Shown here: piece by piece, positions 32,493-42,436 of the stretch
How the letters are laid out: each line of letters starts with the position of its first letter
How positions within the stretch are numbered: the first letter of the stretch is position 1
The notes under the pieces: generated by a model
The model's input: only the letters and a program-made list of their open reading frames with translations
Told to the model about the DNA's origin: nothing
Databases searched by the model: none
Program-made: the position numbers and the translations under genes
Source: a virus
Taxonomy: Duplodnaviria > Caudoviricetes
DNA: 64,000 bases
IMG/VR virus record: IMGVR_UViG_3300028588_000001
Span: 15,800 to 79,799 of that record
Direction: 5' to 3' (one strand)

Positions 32493-35400
32493 TGACTCAG
32501 CTTTTCACCAACAACGCAACGTCGAAACTTGCGGCCGACATCACCGCGGCCGCCACGAGTTTGACCCTGCAGGCGGGCGACGGCGCGAAGTTCCCGAACC
32601 CGGGCGCCGGCGATGACTTCCTGCTTACGCTGTTCCAGCTCTTCGGCACCGCCGAGATCAATCACGAGATCCTGCTGGTGACGGCGCGCGCCGGCGACGT
32701 GCTGACCGTCGTTCGCGCCCAGGAAGGCACCACGGCCAAGGCTTTCAACACCGGCGACCCCGCCGAGCTGCGCCTCACCGCCGGCGCAGTCCTGCCGGCG
32801 CGCGCCGGCGCGCTCACGGGCGCCTTGAACGAGGCACAAACCGTCACTCTCGCGAGCACCGCTTCGATGCTGATCGGCTCGGCCAAGGCCAACACGATCA
32901 TCATTTCGGGCTCCACGACGATCAACGCCTTCGACACGGCGCCGATCGGCGCAATCCGCCGCACCCGCTTTCAAGGCGCACTGACGCTGACCCATAACGT
33001 GATCGCGAACACGATCCTGGGCGGCGCGAGCATGATCACGGCCGCCGGCGACTGGTGCGAATGGATCTCGATCGGCGCCGGCAAGTGGGAAATGATGAAC
33101 TACACCCGCGCGAGCGGCAACGCGCTGGGCGTCGTGTCGCTGGACAAGGGCGGTACCGGCGCGACGACGGCGGCCGCAGCGCGCGCCGCATTGGGCGCAG
33201 CGCCTCTCGTAAGCCCGACCCTGACCGACAACGTGACGGTATCGGGCAACGCCGAGGTCGGCGCAACCTGGGCTTCTGGCGCCGGCGGCAAGTACACCCG
33301 CCTGTTCTACCGCGCGAGCGATGACACGTTCGGCCTGTACCTGTTCGACGGCAGCGGCGGCACGACCCGCTTGCGCTTTGTCGGCCGTACCGGCGCCATG
33401 CTGCTTTCTGAGGGCGGCGGCAACGTCGTCGTAGGCGCCAGTGCCGAGTTCTCGGGCGAAAAGCTGCAAGTGGCAGGCGCCGTCAAGGCGACGGGCGGCT
33501 TTGTCGGAGACCTCACCGGCAATGTCGCCGGCAACGTTTCAGGCAACGTCATCGGCAACGTGACCGGCAACGTCACGGGCAGCGCGGGCAGCGCGGGCAA
33601 GCTACAAACCGCGCGCAAAATCAATGGCGTGGCATTCGACGGCACGGCCGACATTACCGTGGCCGATAGCTCCAAGCTGGCCCTGACTGGTCACGTCGGG
33701 CTGCTCAACAGCGGCATGTCGCTCGGTATCAGCGGCTCGGATCTGAACAACCTCACCGCGACCGGCTTCTATCGCGGCAACCCATTGACGAACGCACCTG
33801 ACACTGGCTGGTGGTACGTCATGGTCGAGGGCCACGACAACACTGGCGCTGCTGCCGGCTGGGCCAAGCAAACCGTTACCTCTTATGGCTCGGGCAACAG
33901 CTATCCCGCAGGGGCAACGTTCGTGCGGGTGAAAACCTCCGACTCTTGGTCCCTCTGGCGGCGTGTTGGCTTGGCGGGCGGCGACCCAGCCGTCGAGTTT
34001 GCGGCAAGCAATGTAACCGCATCGGGGAGTGTAATTGCATCGGGCGCCGGCGGGTTCATGAGCAGCACCTATGTCGCAAACGGGCGTAACCCGATCTGGC
34101 GTTTCGGTAGCGCTCAAGGCTACGGCCTGAGCTACTTCCAGCAGAACGCGGGCATCAACAACCTGGACACCATTGGCCTGCACTTCGGCGCCCCGACCGC
34201 TGGCGGCTCGGCGTTCCAGTTCGTGAGCGATGGCACCAGCTTCTTCGGCAACCGCGTCACCAGCTACGCCGGCGGGTTCAGGGCCCAGGGCGGCGGCGAC
34301 TTGGCTTTCCAGCCGGCAGCGGGTAGCAACGATAACGGCGACATCGTCTGGATCAATGGCGACGGGTCGGAGCGACATCGACTGTGGACCGAGATTGGTA
34401 CCAACACGATGCTGTACCGCTATAACGGCGGCACCGCATACAGCCTGTGGCACAGCGGGAACATGAACCCGAGCGAAAGCGCCGACCCAAGCAGTATCGT
34501 GCGCCGAACCACGAACGGCTACATCAACGGTAATTACATTTACATGACCGATGATGGCAATCCGGGCGGTAACGGGAATGCGGTCACGTCGATCATCACC
34601 AAGAAAGGCGACGACTACTACCGATCGTCCAATGCCGCAAGCGTCAAAGCATTCCTGAAATACTCTGGCGCCGATGTCTTTACCGATCGGATGGACTGGA
34701 CCAAGGACATTTGGATTTCTCGACACCTGCGCTGGCAGAACTACGGCAACGGGCACATCATCTTCGATGCGAGTAGTGGCGCGGCGCCAGAAGGCAAGGC
34801 AATCGACCGAGTAAACTCGTCCGTCCCATGGTCGAGCACCTATCCAACCTTGATGGGGTGGAATGGCAACGAAACGTATGGCGTTCGCGTGGACTCGGCG
34901 CGCGTTGCGGACAACGTGTCATGGGGCGGAATCAGCGGCAAGCCGATCTTCATGGTCGACCAAGGCTCGGCCGCAATCGGGAATACAGACTCCCTTACCG
35001 CTCCCGGCTACTACAACCTGACCACCAGCGGCGACAGCTTGTGCATGCTGGTACTGGCACCGGGCGGCTCGACAAACATCACGCAGATCCAGTTCCACTA
35101 CAACGGCTGGATGAAGTTCCGCAACAAGACGGATGGGGCCAACTGGACCGGATGGAAGGATGTTCTTACCAACGTCAATATCGGCAACTACCGGGCGGCC
35201 TCTGCCGGTTCGGCTGATATCTCCGGCACCACCAGCCGTGTTCGACTGGTTCAGGGCCAGGATGCAGCATTCCACTGGGAAGGTCAGCCTGGTCAGCCCG
35301 CATGGCTGTGGGGCGGTAGCGAGCCGACCAACATGTACGTCTATGATCCGCGCAATTTCAGCGTTGGATACGCGACGACTGCCAATCAACTGTCCGGGCC

Positions 35401-36046
35401 TGCGCACACCAATGGTAGTGATGGCTGGTGGCGTTCGTCGGGCAACACGGGCTGGTACAACGAGACCTATGCTGTCGGCATCTTTGCCGAGAGCGCCAAT
35501 CTGGTCAAGGTCTACAACGGCGCCAGCTTCCAGACCGAAGGCAACTCGTATGCGAACCGCTTTCTGGGCAATGCCGGCTCGGCGGCTGCCCCGACCTATG
35601 GCTTCAACAACGACGGCGACAGCGGCATGTATTCGGGCGGCGACGGCACGCTGTACTTCTGCGTCAATTCCAGTTACGTCGGCGGCTGGGCGGGCAACAA
35701 CTTCACTTCCACCGGCAACATCACGGCATTCTCGGATGAGCGCCTGAAAACGAACTGGCGCCCGGTTCAAGACGACTTCGTGGCGAAGCTGGCCCAGGTC
35801 AAGGCCGGCGTCTATGACCGTACCGACATCGATCTGACCCAGGCCGGCGTGGGAGCGCAGTCGTGGCGCGAACTGCTGCCCGAAACCGTCACCGAGGACA
35901 AGGACGGCAACCTGGGCGTGAACTACGGACAGGCGGCGCTCGTGTCGTCGGTGGAGCTGGCCAAGAAAGTCGTCCAGCTGGAGAACAGTCTCGCGCAAGC
36001 CATGGAACTGATCGCCCTCCTGAAACAGAAAGTGGATCTCCAATGA
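32492..36046 (+). CDS. Long tail fiber with C-terminal intramolecular chaperone (peptidase S74-like)
   Basis: N-terminal anchor FTNNATSKLAADIT, GTGATTAAAARAALG and GNVxGNV repeats, C-terminal SDERLKTN...GVGAQ...LLPE...VNY. Confidence 0.93.
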   Translation: MTQLFTNNATSKLAADITAAATSLTLQAGDGAKFPNPGAGDDFLLTLFQLFGTAEINHEILLVTARAGDVLTVVRAQEGTTAKAFNTGDPAELRLTAGAVLPARAGALTGALNEAQTVTLASTASMLIGSAKANTIIISGSTTINAFDTAPIGAIRRTRFQGALTLTHNVIANTILGGASMITAAGDWCEWISIGAGKWEMMNYTRASGNALGVVSLDKGGTGATTAAAARAALGAAPLVSPTLTDNVTVSGNAEVGATWASGAGGKYTRLFYRASDDTFGLYLFDGSGGTTRLRFVGRTGAMLLSEGGGNVVVGASAEFSGEKLQVAGAVKATGGFVGDLTGNVAGNVSGNVIGNVTGNVTGSAGSAGKLQTARKINGVAFDGTADITVADSSKLALTGHVGLLNSGMSLGISGSDLNNLTATGFYRGNPLTNAPDTGWWYVMVEGHDNTGAAAGWAKQTVTSYGSGNSYPAGATFVRVKTSDSWSLWRRVGLAGGDPAVEFAASNVTASGSVIASGAGGFMSSTYVANGRNPIWRFGSAQGYGLSYFQQNAGINNLDTIGLHFGAPTAGGSAFQFVSDGTSFFGNRVTSYAGGFRAQGGGDLAFQPAAGSNDNGDIVWINGDGSERHRLWTEIGTNTMLYRYNGGTAYSLWHSGNMNPSESADPSSIVRRTTNGYINGNYIYMTDDGNPGGNGNAVTSIITKKGDDYYRSSNAASVKAFLKYSGADVFTDRMDWTKDIWISRHLRWQNYGNGHIIFDASSGAAPEGKAIDRVNSSVPWSSTYPTLMGWNGNETYGVRVDSARVADNVSWGGISGKPIFMVDQGSAAIGNTDSLTAPGYYNLTTSGDSLCMLVLAPGGSTNITQIQFHYNGWMKFRNKTDGANWTGWKDVLTNVNIGNYRAASAGSADISGTTSRVRLVQGQDAAFHWEGQPGQPAWLWGGSEPTNMYVYDPRNFSVGYATTANQLSGPAHTNGSDGWWRSSGNTGWYNETYAVGIFAESANLVKVYNGASFQTEGNSYANRFLGNAGSAAAPTYGFNNDGDSGMYSGGDGTLYFCVNSSYVGGWAGNNFTSTGNITAFSDERLKTNWRPVQDDFVAKLAQVKAGVYDRTDIDLTQAGVGAQSWRELLPETVTEDKDGNLGVNYGQAALVSSVELAKKVVQLENSLAQAMELIALLKQKVDLQ

Positions 36047-36726
36047 AACGAGGAATGAACGGCTTGACGCCGACGATCGACAGCGGCCGCGTGGTCAAGC
36101 TGTTTTTCAATGCCATTGTTGAGGGCGATAACGGCGCCCGCGTGGCGGCACCGCTCACGCTCGATGGACCGTTCCCAGCGCTTGACCAGCTGTCCAAGTC
36201 AGGCGAGCCCACGCAAGCCCAGATCCGGGCCGCCGCGCAGCAGCTGGCCGAGGACATGGGCCTGTATGCGCGCCTGGAGCAGCAGGTACGCGAATTCGAG
36301 CCGCCGGCGCCGAATTCGTCCGCGCCGGCTGTCGCTCAGATGCCCTTGAGCGACGACGAGACCAAAGCCGCTTGGGTCAACGACGTGGACACCACGATCG
36401 GCGACATCATCACGCGCTTTACCCGGTTCCAGCTGGGCTACGAACAGCGCGAGCAGGCGGCCAAGGCCTACAAGGCCGCAGGCTATGCCGGTGACGTAAG
36501 CATCTGGATCTCGGGCTTCGCCGACAACGCGAAGCTGGGCTACCGGGATGCGGCCGACCGGATTCTCGCCCAGGCCGCGGCGCTGCGCGCTGCTGTCGTC
36601 CAGCTCGACGGCACGCAGCGCATGCGCAAGTACTCCATTCTGGGCGCGGCGACGATCGGCGAAGCTCGCAAGATCTACGCCGACATCATCCAGACCGTGC
36701 GCGGCATCGAAGCGAGCCTGCCATGA
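36043..36726 (+). CDS. Tail fiber assembly/chaperone-like protein
   Basis: 227 aa, ATGA overlap with the fiber gene, helical YEQREQAAKAY...AADRILAQA segment. Confidence 0.65.
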   Translation: MKRGMNGLTPTIDSGRVVKLFFNAIVEGDNGARVAAPLTLDGPFPALDQLSKSGEPTQAQIRAAAQQLAEDMGLYARLEQQVREFEPPAPNSSAPAVAQMPLSDDETKAAWVNDVDTTIGDIITRFTRFQLGYEQREQAAKAYKAAGYAGDVSIWISGFADNAKLGYRDAADRILAQAAALRAAVVQLDGTQRMRKYSILGAATIGEARKIYADIIQTVRGIEASLP

Positions 36727-37205
36727 CGTTGCCAGCATCCGGCGCGCTGAGCATGGCTCAGATCAATACCGAGTTGGGCGTAGGCGCGACCGCAACCATG
36801 TCGATGGATGCCGCCTCACTCCGAGCGCTGGCCGGCCGGCCGGCCGGCTCGATCAGCTTTTCGGACCTGTGGGGCAAGAGTTCCATGCAGCCGCTGACCG
36901 CTGTGGGCAATGAAGCCTACAGCAGCGCCTACACCGCGAACGGGCGCGGCACGGTCTCGGCCCAGCCATCCGTCACGGTAAGCGGCGCGTTCAACGGGTT
37001 CAGCGTGGTCTGGTCGTTCATCGACAACCCGTTCGGCATGGGCCTCACGAACCCGAATGGCAATTATCCATCCGTCAGCTATCAGTTTGCCCGGTACATG
37101 GAAGGCAGTGCCGGGGCTTCTTTACGGGCCGTCATTACTGACGGTGCCGGCCGCAGCATCACAGTAAACAATATTTACGTGACCTTTGACTTCTATGGGT
37201 CGTAA
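36723..37205 (+). CDS. Small fiber-tip/adhesin-like protein
   Basis: MTLPASGALSMAQINTELG...ISFSDLWGKS N-terminus followed by a variable beta-rich domain. Confidence 0.7.
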   Translation: MTLPASGALSMAQINTELGVGATATMSMDAASLRALAGRPAGSISFSDLWGKSSMQPLTAVGNEAYSSAYTANGRGTVSAQPSVTVSGAFNGFSVVWSFIDNPFGMGLTNPNGNYPSVSYQFARYMEGSAGASLRAVITDGAGRSITVNNIYVTFDFYGS

Positions 37206-37213
37206 AGGAAAAC

Positions 37214-37714
37214 ATGAACTATGACCAAGCGCGCGAGCGCATCGAAACTGGCGACCTGATTGCGGTACGCGGCAAAGAGGGCCTGCTCACCCCCTTCACC
37301 AAGTTTTTCACACGGTCCCCCTACACCCATGTCGGCATCGCCTTCTGGATGAACGGCGGCCTGTGGATGTCCGAGATCAACGGCGGCCGCAATCACGCGA
37401 TCCCGCTGTCCCAGCTGGCCGACAGCGAATTCGACGTGTACGAGCGGCCGCCCGGCCTCTCGATCGCCGACATGCTGGAAGCGATCAACGAAGCCCTGCG
37501 CGAGAAGATCGACTACGGCTACCTGTCCCTGCCCGTGATCGGCCTGATCAACTTCCTGGGCATCAAGGTCTTTATCCACGCCCGCCGCATCATGTCGTGC
37601 GCCGGCTACTCGGTCATGACGTACGAGGCGGCCGGCTGGCCCGAGCACACGCGGATTCTGTCGCCTCGCGACCTGGCCGCGCTGCTGAAATTCAAGCTGG
37701 CCGTTCGCCCGTAG
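37214..37714 (+). CDS. Permuted papain-like (YaeF/YiiX, NlpC/P60) amidase
   Basis: TGDLIAVRG...SPYTHVGI (His) precedes DY...IMSCAGY (Cys), which is the permuted order. Confidence 0.8.
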   Translation: MNYDQARERIETGDLIAVRGKEGLLTPFTKFFTRSPYTHVGIAFWMNGGLWMSEINGGRNHAIPLSQLADSEFDVYERPPGLSIADMLEAINEALREKIDYGYLSLPVIGLINFLGIKVFIHARRIMSCAGYSVMTYEAAGWPEHTRILSPRDLAALLKFKLAVRP

Positions 37715-37741
37715 GGTGCAAGGGTTGCAGTACCAAAGGTG

Positions 37742-37767
37742 AAGCCCGTGCGAAGCGGGTTTTTTTT
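37742..37767 (+). terminator. Intrinsic terminator before the lysis cassette
   Basis: GCCCG-tgcgaag-CGGGT-T7. Confidence 0.65.
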
Positions 37768-37821
37768 CGTCCACATCCAACCACCACCCTGCCCATGCAA
37801 CCCACCGAGGAGATTGCCGAC

Positions 37822-38076
37822 ATGGCTCTCAAATCTAGCCCACCAGTCGCGGTAGCTGCCGTAAATGCCTTTTCCGATGTGTCCCTGCCGCACATCGTCA
37901 ACGTGCTCACGGCCCTGTACCTGCTGCTGATGATCGCCCACAAGGCCTGGACGATGTTCCGCGAATACAAGGCCGCCGAGCGCGCGGCCGCCTACGTCCC
38001 TCGCTCGAAGGACCGTCGCGCACGCCCGCGCGACACCGATGAAAGGAGAACCCCGAATGAAGGACCCGATAGCTAA
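37822..38076 (+). CDS. Holin (putative)
   Basis: 84 aa, hydrophobic LPHIVNVLTALYLLLMIAH, basic C-tail, GAGGAG RBS, overlaps the endolysin start. Confidence 0.75.
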   Translation: MALKSSPPVAVAAVNAFSDVSLPHIVNVLTALYLLLMIAHKAWTMFREYKAAERAAAYVPRSKDRRARPRDTDERRTPNEGPDS

Positions 38077-38551
38077 AAGCGCGATCGCGCTGGTGACGGC
38101 TGGCCTCATCACCAGCGTCAACGCCCTCGAAGGCATCCGGTATGTGCCGTACGAGGACATCGTGAACGTGTGGACTGTCTGCGCCGGCTATGCCGGCAAG
38201 GACGTGGTGCGCAACAAGATCTACACCCCGGCCGAGTGCAACACGCTGACCACGCGCGAGCTGACCGCCAAGGGAACGGCGGTCCTCAAGTGCACGAAGG
38301 TCCCGATCTCGCAGGATGAATACGAGGCATACACCCTGTTTGCCTACAACGTGGGCAGCAGCGCGTACTGCAATTCGTCCCTGCTCAAGAAGCTGAACGC
38401 CGGCGATCGCGCCGGCGCCTGCGCCGGGCTGATGGCGTGGGACATGGCCGGCGGCAAGCACGTCCAAGGCCTGCGCAATCGCCGCGACTACGAGCGGCGC
38501 CTCTGCCTGGGCCAGATCCAGCGTCCGGCACCGCCGGCCGCACCGAAATAA
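38057..38551 (+). CDS. GH24 lysozyme endolysin, probably SAR type
   Basis: Weakly hydrophobic IAKSAIALVTAGLITSVNAL, then EG...PYED...WTVCAG (E/D/T triad) and GLRNRRDYE. Confidence 0.93.
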   Translation: MKDPIAKSAIALVTAGLITSVNALEGIRYVPYEDIVNVWTVCAGYAGKDVVRNKIYTPAECNTLTTRELTAKGTAVLKCTKVPISQDEYEAYTLFAYNVGSSAYCNSSLLKKLNAGDRAGACAGLMAWDMAGGKHVQGLRNRRDYERRLCLGQIQRPAPPAAPK

Positions 38552-38567
38552 CCGAACGGAGTAGCAC

Positions 38568-39110
38568 ATGGAAATCTCGAAACTCGCCGGCGTGACGCTG
38601 CCGACCTGGGGCCGCCTGCCGGCGATCCTGCTGGCCGTCGCCTGCATCTTCCTGCTGGGCGCCCTGTGGGGCGAGGGCCGCGCCGGCGAGCGCGAGATCG
38701 ACAGCGCCGACAAGCGCGTGGCGGCCGCCGCCCAGGTCGCGCATGCGCAGGAGCGCGTGGTCGTGAAAACGGAAGTGGAGTACCGCGACCGAATCCGCAC
38801 CATCTACCAGAAGGGAGAAACGATTGAAAAACAGGTACCAGTCTATGTCACGGCTGCTGATGACGGCCGTTGCAGTGTCAATGCTGGCTTCGTGCGCACA
38901 TACAACGCAGCCTGGGCCGGCGAGCCTGCCGGACCTGCCGCCGATTCTGACCGAGAACCCGCCGGCGTACCGCTTTCTGGAGTCGCAGAAGTCGACGCCC
39001 ACAACGCCGCCGCCTGTATCGCATGGCGAGAGCAAGCCCTCGGGTTGAGGGAATTCTACAAACGCCTGCAGGCGGCCACCGCCGGCCAGGACAACGGGAG
39101 CGCGCCATGA
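38568..39110 (+). CDS. rz: i-spanin (Rz-like)
   Basis: N-terminal TM ILLAVACIFLLGALW plus a periplasmic coiled region, following the endolysin. Confidence 0.85.
   Translation: MEISKLAGVTLPTWGRLPAILLAVACIFLLGALWGEGRAGEREIDSADKRVAAAAQVAHAQERVVVKTEVEYRDRIRTIYQKGETIEKQVPVYVTAADDGRCSVNAGFVRTYNAAWAGEPAGPAADSDREPAGVPLSGVAEVDAHNAAACIAWREQALGLREFYKRLQAATAGQDNGSAP
38824..39048 (+). CDS. rz1: o-spanin lipoprotein (Rz1-like) embedded in Rz
   Basis: +1 frame, AAGGGAG RBS before TTG, lipobox LAS-C, Pro-rich mature part. Confidence 0.8.
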   Translation: MKNRYQSMSRLLMTAVAVSMLASCAHTTQPGPASLPDLPPILTENPPAYRFLESQKSTPTTPPPVSHGESKPSG

Positions 39111-40870
39111 CGGCACCACTGGCTTTGAAATCGTTCGGCGGCATCCTGCCGCGTGTGCCCGATACGGCACTGCCGTGGGGCGCCGCGCTGGTCGCCCGGA
39201 ACATCGACTTTGGCTACGGCGAGCTGCGATCGGCGAAAGGTAACTTCATGCTGCGCGAGCTGGCGATCGCCGCGCGCACCGTGTTCAGTGACGACGGCTT
39301 GAGCTTCTACGCCTGGACCGACGACGTGAACGCGGTAGTGAGCCCGCTGCAATCCGGCGATGCGCACGACCGCCTGTACTACACCAGCGGTAAGGACTTC
39401 CGGGTTACGCTGCTGTCGCTGGCCACCCTCGGCGGATCGACGCCGACGGCCAGCTATCGCGTCGGCGTGCCGCGCCCGACCCTTGGCCCGCGCGTGGAAG
39501 TGGTACCGCCGCAAGAGCCGGCCGCGCCCGTGGCCACCGTCGATCCCGAGCCGGCCGCGACCTATCCCGAGCGCCTGAAAAGCGCGCAGGACGCCTCCGA
39601 TTCGACGTTCAAGGCATCCAAGCAGGTCGACACCGAGACCCGCGCCTATGCCTACACCTACGCCAACGTCTACAACGAGGAAGGGCCACCGAGCCCCGCT
39701 ACGGTAGTGGATGTCACCACGATCACGTACAACGGCGTCAGCTACAAGAGCAAGGTGACAGTGACGATCCAGTTCGACCCGGCAAGCGCGTACGTGCCGA
39801 TCACGGAGGCGCGCCTATACCGCAGCGCCGGCGCCAACGATGCCGGCGACTACTACTTCACGACCACGATCCGCCCGGGCCAGCCGCAAATCGAGGATAC
39901 CGTCACGGCCGGCAACCTGAACGAGTCCCTGTCGAGCCTGGACGCATACCCGCCGCCGGTCAACCTCAAGGGCCTATTCAACATCGGCAACGGCATCCTG
40001 TGCGCGTGGCGCGGCCGCGAGCTGTGGTTTAGCGATGCGTATCGGCCGTGGTCCTGGCCACCGTCTTACGTCGTCACGGTCCCGTACCCGATCGTCAGCG
40101 CGGTCGCGCACGGCGCCGGCGCGCTGGTGACGACGGTGGCCGAGCCCTGCCTCATCACCGGCATGAGCCCGGACGCCATGGCCCAGGTACCGCTGTCGAT
40201 CTCCCAGGCCGGCGCCTCCAAGTGGTCCCTGATCAGCATGGGCGGCGTTGCCCTCTACGCCTGCAATGATGGCCTCGTGACGATTGAGGGCGGCCAGCCG
40301 AATTTCCAGCTGTCGGAGCGCTTCTTTACCCGTGACGTGTGGCGATCGCGGTACGCCGCCGGCCTGGCCAGCATGCAGTTCGCCAGCTACGACGGCAAGC
40401 TGATCGTGTTCTCGCGTGAAAATCGGTTCGTGCCGTTCATGATCGACCTGGGGCCGGAAGGCGGCCAGATGACGGAATTGCCCGAACTGGTGGCGTCGAC
40501 GGCGCTCGTGCTGACCACTTCGGATCAGATGTACATCGTCAAGGGCACCGGCCTGTACCAGTTCGCCGGCGGCGACATGCTCCCGCTGACCTGGAAAAGT
40601 GGCGACCTCGTGTTGCAGTCGCCGGCTGTACTCGCGGCCGTCGAGGTCGAGTGCGTCGGCAATTTCACCATCAAGTTCTATCAGGATGGCGTGCTGGGCT
40701 TCACCGAGACCGTCGACACCGGCCGCACTGTGTTCCGCCTGCCGAGCGAGCCCATTCCGGGCCACGCAGGCCTGCCGCCGTCCGATCGGTGGCAATTCGA
40801 GATCAGCGGTACCGGCCGCTTCAAATGGATGAAAGCAGCGGCCTCGATCCGAGGCCTGAAAGCAGTGTAA
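39107..40870 (+). CDS. Tail tubular B / nozzle-like stabilization protein
   Basis: 587 aa, LKSFGGILPR N-terminus, LWFSDAYRPWSWP, beta-propeller-like composition. Confidence 0.8.
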   Translation: MTAPLALKSFGGILPRVPDTALPWGAALVARNIDFGYGELRSAKGNFMLRELAIAARTVFSDDGLSFYAWTDDVNAVVSPLQSGDAHDRLYYTSGKDFRVTLLSLATLGGSTPTASYRVGVPRPTLGPRVEVVPPQEPAAPVATVDPEPAATYPERLKSAQDASDSTFKASKQVDTETRAYAYTYANVYNEEGPPSPATVVDVTTITYNGVSYKSKVTVTIQFDPASAYVPITEARLYRSAGANDAGDYYFTTTIRPGQPQIEDTVTAGNLNESLSSLDAYPPPVNLKGLFNIGNGILCAWRGRELWFSDAYRPWSWPPSYVVTVPYPIVSAVAHGAGALVTTVAEPCLITGMSPDAMAQVPLSISQAGASKWSLISMGGVALYACNDGLVTIEGGQPNFQLSERFFTRDVWRSRYAAGLASMQFASYDGKLIVFSRENRFVPFMIDLGPEGGQMTELPELVASTALVLTTSDQMYIVKGTGLYQFAGGDMLPLTWKSGDLVLQSPAVLAAVEVECVGNFTIKFYQDGVLGFTETVDTGRTVFRLPSEPIPGHAGLPPSDRWQFEISGTGRFKWMKAAASIRGLKAV

Positions 40871-42436
40871 ATGGCAAAAGTACCAGCAGTTTCGACAGCC
40901 TCAATCGCATCGATCGCGGACCCGAACGTGCGCAATGTCCTGCGCGCGGTCGCGGACCATATCGCAGTGCGCAACGGCGATATCGGCAGTGGCGATCAGG
41001 CCTATCTGACCATGGGCGACCTGACCGGAAACAAACGGAACGCCCTGGAGCTGGCGAAAGCTGTCGCGCCGGCGCTGGCGTCAGGCGGCAGCGCGCCGGG
41101 CCAGCCGCTCGCGGATCTCGCCGACGCGCTGCGCGATCGCATCCTGCGCTCTCCCTATTGGCAAGAAATGTTCACCCGCCTGCAGGCGATCGACGCGCCC
41201 GACACCGTGCCCGGTAGTCCTGCCTGGAAGCTGCTGCGAGAGGCGCGCGAGCGCGGCGCGGCCATCGACCATGTGCAAAACGTGGTGCAGGGCGTGAACG
41301 AGTCCCTTGTCAACGTGCGTGACACGCTCACGACCGCCATCGGCGACAACGCGGCCGCGATCTCGTCCGAGGTCGAGCTGCGCACCACGGCCGACACCGC
41401 GATCCTCAATTCGGTGAAGGAGTTCATCACGTCGGTCGGGCAGTCGTTCGCCGGCGTCGAGCAAAAGATCACCCTACGGACCAACAACGAGAACGCGCTC
41501 GCCGAGGCCATCAACACGATCTGGGCGCGCGTGGGCGCCAATGAGGGCCTGATCCAGTCGGGCGAACAGATCGCGGTCAACCCGGTCGGCAGCGTCGTCA
41601 CCAAGTTCGACCAGCTGCAAGCCGTCGTGCGCAAGCAGGCCGACGACCTGGGCAACACGATCGAGTCCGCGGCGATCATCCGAGAGGATCTGAAAGTCTC
41701 GAACACGGCCATCGACGGGCTCAAGGGCAAGTGGGGCGTGAAGGTCGACCTCGACGGCTACGTCGCCGGCGTTTCGCTCAATGCCGGCGTCGATCCGCAG
41801 GGCCGATCCGAATCCATGTTCATCGTCCTGTCCGATATCTTCGCAGTGGGCGCGCCGGGCAAGCCTACCGTCGTCCCGTTCGCGATCGACGCCACCACGG
41901 GCCTTGTCGCGATCGACGGCAACCTCGTGGCAACCGGCACGATCAGCGCAAAGCAGCTCTCGGCCTACTCGGTCCAGCGTGACAAGCTGGCCCTGAAAGT
42001 GGTCGGCGGCGCGCAGATCGACGACCTGGCCGTCGATACCCTCAAGCTGGCCAACCAGTCCGTGACCACGATGGAGCAGTTCAACGACGTGATCTACGGT
42101 AAAACACCTGGCTCGAACAACGGCAGCAAGTACTTCAACAGCTCGTTTTACATGGCGCACCCGGGCGATGCCTACATCATCACTGTGTCGCAGTTCTTCT
42201 CGAACAGCCCGAATGCCGACTGGAGCCAAGTGGAAGTCACCTGTGATGGCATGGCGGTCGGGTCGGGCATCGAGCGTAAGGCGTCATCGGTTCAGGCGCC
42301 GAACGTCATCATCGGCAAAGTCACCCTTTCGGCCGGCTGGAAAACGGTCCAAGTGAAAAACCAGTGGGCTAACATCGAGCTGGATAACACGGTCGTCAAC
42401 ACAACGTCCGTCGTCGTTTTTCGAGCGTACAAATGA
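40871..42436 (+). CDS. Central tail tip protein with DUF1983-like domain
   Basis: Coiled region, then GKWGVKVDLDGYVAGVSL...FIVLSDIFAVG...VVPFAID...IDGNL. Confidence 0.8.
   Translation: MAKVPAVSTASIASIADPNVRNVLRAVADHIAVRNGDIGSGDQAYLTMGDLTGNKRNALELAKAVAPALASGGSAPGQPLADLADALRDRILRSPYWQEMFTRLQAIDAPDTVPGSPAWKLLREARERGAAIDHVQNVVQGVNESLVNVRDTLTTAIGDNAAAISSEVELRTTADTAILNSVKEFITSVGQSFAGVEQKITLRTNNENALAEAINTIWARVGANEGLIQSGEQIAVNPVGSVVTKFDQLQAVVRKQADDLGNTIESAAIIREDLKVSNTAIDGLKGKWGVKVDLDGYVAGVSLNAGVDPQGRSESMFIVLSDIFAVGAPGKPTVVPFAIDATTGLVAIDGNLVATGTISAKQLSAYSVQRDKLALKVVGGAQIDDLAVDTLKLANQSVTTMEQFNDVIYGKTPGSNNGSKYFNSSFYMAHPGDAYIITVSQFFSNSPNADWSQVEVTCDGMAVGSGIERKASSVQAPNVIIGKVTLSAGWKTVQVKNQWANIELDNTVVNTTSVVVFRAYK

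Noticed and set aside
32492-37205. DGR or invertible shufflon driving fiber variation
   Set aside because: No reverse transcriptase, invertase, template/variable repeat pair or inverted crossover sites found in the window.
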